From contig CAVPQB010000003.1 in the NCBI GenBank assembly GCA_963707505.1, forward strand, positions 448,001-512,000: 64,000 nucleotides of DNA, in the 5' to 3' direction. The position numbers were made by a program, and so were the translations under genes. The notes beneath the pieces are model-generated. The model saw only the letters and a program-made list of their open reading frames with translations. It searched no databases and was not told where the DNA came from. This stretch comes from an uncultured Gemmatimonadales bacterium. Lineage in GTDB: Bacteria; Gemmatimonadota; Gemmatimonadetes; Gemmatimonadales; Gemmatimonadaceae. How positions within the stretch are numbered: position 1 is the first letter of the stretch; every line of letters starts with the position of its first letter. Below are positions 62,859-64,000 of this stretch, one piece after another.

Positions 62859-64000
62859 TTAGAATGTGGCGTTGAGCGAGAGGAAGAACTGGCGGCTCGG
62901 CGGATACGGCGTCACGTCCTGCGTGCGGCCGATCGGTGCGTTGCCGAAGTTCGACACCTCGGGGTCATAACCCGTGTAGTTGGTCCAGGTGATCAGATTG
63001 TGCCCGCTTGCCTCGATCCGGAGATCCTTCGCGCGGCTTCCCAACATCCGGTGCGCGAATGATTCGCCGAGGTCGTACGAAAGCGTCAGCTCACGAAGCT
63101 TGGCAAAGCTGCCGTGCTCCGCATATACCGGCTGGCCGGCAAGGAACGCGTTTCCGCGCTTCTGCGCCGCGAGCGTATCGGCAAAGTTGCTGCCAGCGAC
63201 GTTGAAGTCGAAGTAGTTGTTCGTGAGGTTGATCACGTAGCCGCCCTTACGCCAGTCCAGCAAGCTGGAGAGTGTGAGCCTGCCGAGCGTGAAGTCGTTC
63301 GAGAAGCCCATCTGGAAGTCGGGGTTCTGGTCTCCGATGTGGAGCTCGTGACGCGCGCGGCTGACGTACTTGCCGGTCGCATCGAACGTGGAATCGAAGC
63401 CGCTGAACACCACGACCTGCGTGGCGGAGTAGCCTTGCTGGATCTTGTAGCTGCCGAAGCGCTCGCTGAAGCCGGAGCCTGTCGCAAACGCTGGCACCGG
63501 AAGGCTGAGCACCTTGTTCTTGTTACGGGAGAAAGTGGTGTTTGATGTCCACGTAAAGATGCCCGTCTGGATCGGTACCAGGTTCAGTCCGACCTCGGTA
63601 CCGACGTTACGCATCGATCCCGCCGTTGATGACCTTGGTGGTAAAACCGGTCGACGGCGCAAGTCCCGATGTCAGTACCATGCCCGTTGTCTTCTTCTGA
63701 TACTGCGTGACTTCGAGGCCAGCACGTCCACCAAAGAGGGTGGCGTCAAATCCACCTTCGACTTCGGTCGTCAGCTCCGGCTTGATCGTGGAGAGACCGA
63801 TCTGCGCACCCTGGCGCAGTCCGTTGACGCCATCTTCGAGCAATGGCGTAAGGAATGTGTACTTGAAGTTCGACAGGGACACGGTTACCAGCCTTACCGT
63901 ACGCCAGACGCAACTTGAGGTTGTCGGTCTTTGGCGGTAGCCAGGGCAGCTTGTACGAGATCGATGCCTTTGGATACGCAGTTGAATTTGTTCGCGATCG
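62859..64000 (-). CDS. SusC/RagA-family TonB-dependent transporter 2, C-terminal part (frameshifted; runs off the window end)
   Basis: IKPELTTEVEGG, NVGTEVGLN, GDQNPDF, SFAKLRE, YTGYDPE, YPPSR...LNATF. Confidence 0.92.

Overview
GC-rich bacterial chromosomal segment. Gene repertoire and style (SusC/SusD pairs, a stand-alone TonB-plug lipoprotein, a DUF3108-like protein, an Omp85 paralog, ricT-metG, an archaeal-style repair operon) suggest Gemmatimonadota; this is an inference, not a database result. Many genes, including essential ones (dnaE, accA, metG, lpdA, pdhABC), carry single-base frameshifts in clusters. I read these as long-read consensus errors and reconstructed the genes across frames. 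Left to right: (1) minus-strand operon lrp-like/nurA/herA/secreted protein/mre11(sbcD)/rad50(sbcC), back-to-back with an intact but apparently catalytically dead DEAD-box-like protein, tdk and an SDR; (2) type IV minor pilin cassette fimT-pilV-pilW-pilX facing an AraC-type regulator; (3) coaE, gcvH, gcvP; (4) peptide ABC transporter and POT transporter; (5) Omp85 protein, C26 amidase, GT4, GT2, DUF3108-like protein; (6) thiO-like, lipA, pdhABC, lpdA, lipB, uvrD-like; (7) SusC/SusD locus 1 with two accessory lipoproteins and an upstream aminopeptidase; (8) dnaE, accA, ricT, metG; (9) S9 peptidase, class A beta-lactamase-like hydrolase, free plug lipoprotein and SusC/SusD locus 2 (truncated by the window edge). 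There are four sites of a REP-like palindromic repeat and a recurring leaderless-type -10 box. No rRNA, tRNA, CRISPR array, integrase or transposase was seen. Best candidates for a new system: the repair-operon/pseudo-helicase divergon and the peptidase-flanked SusCD loci.
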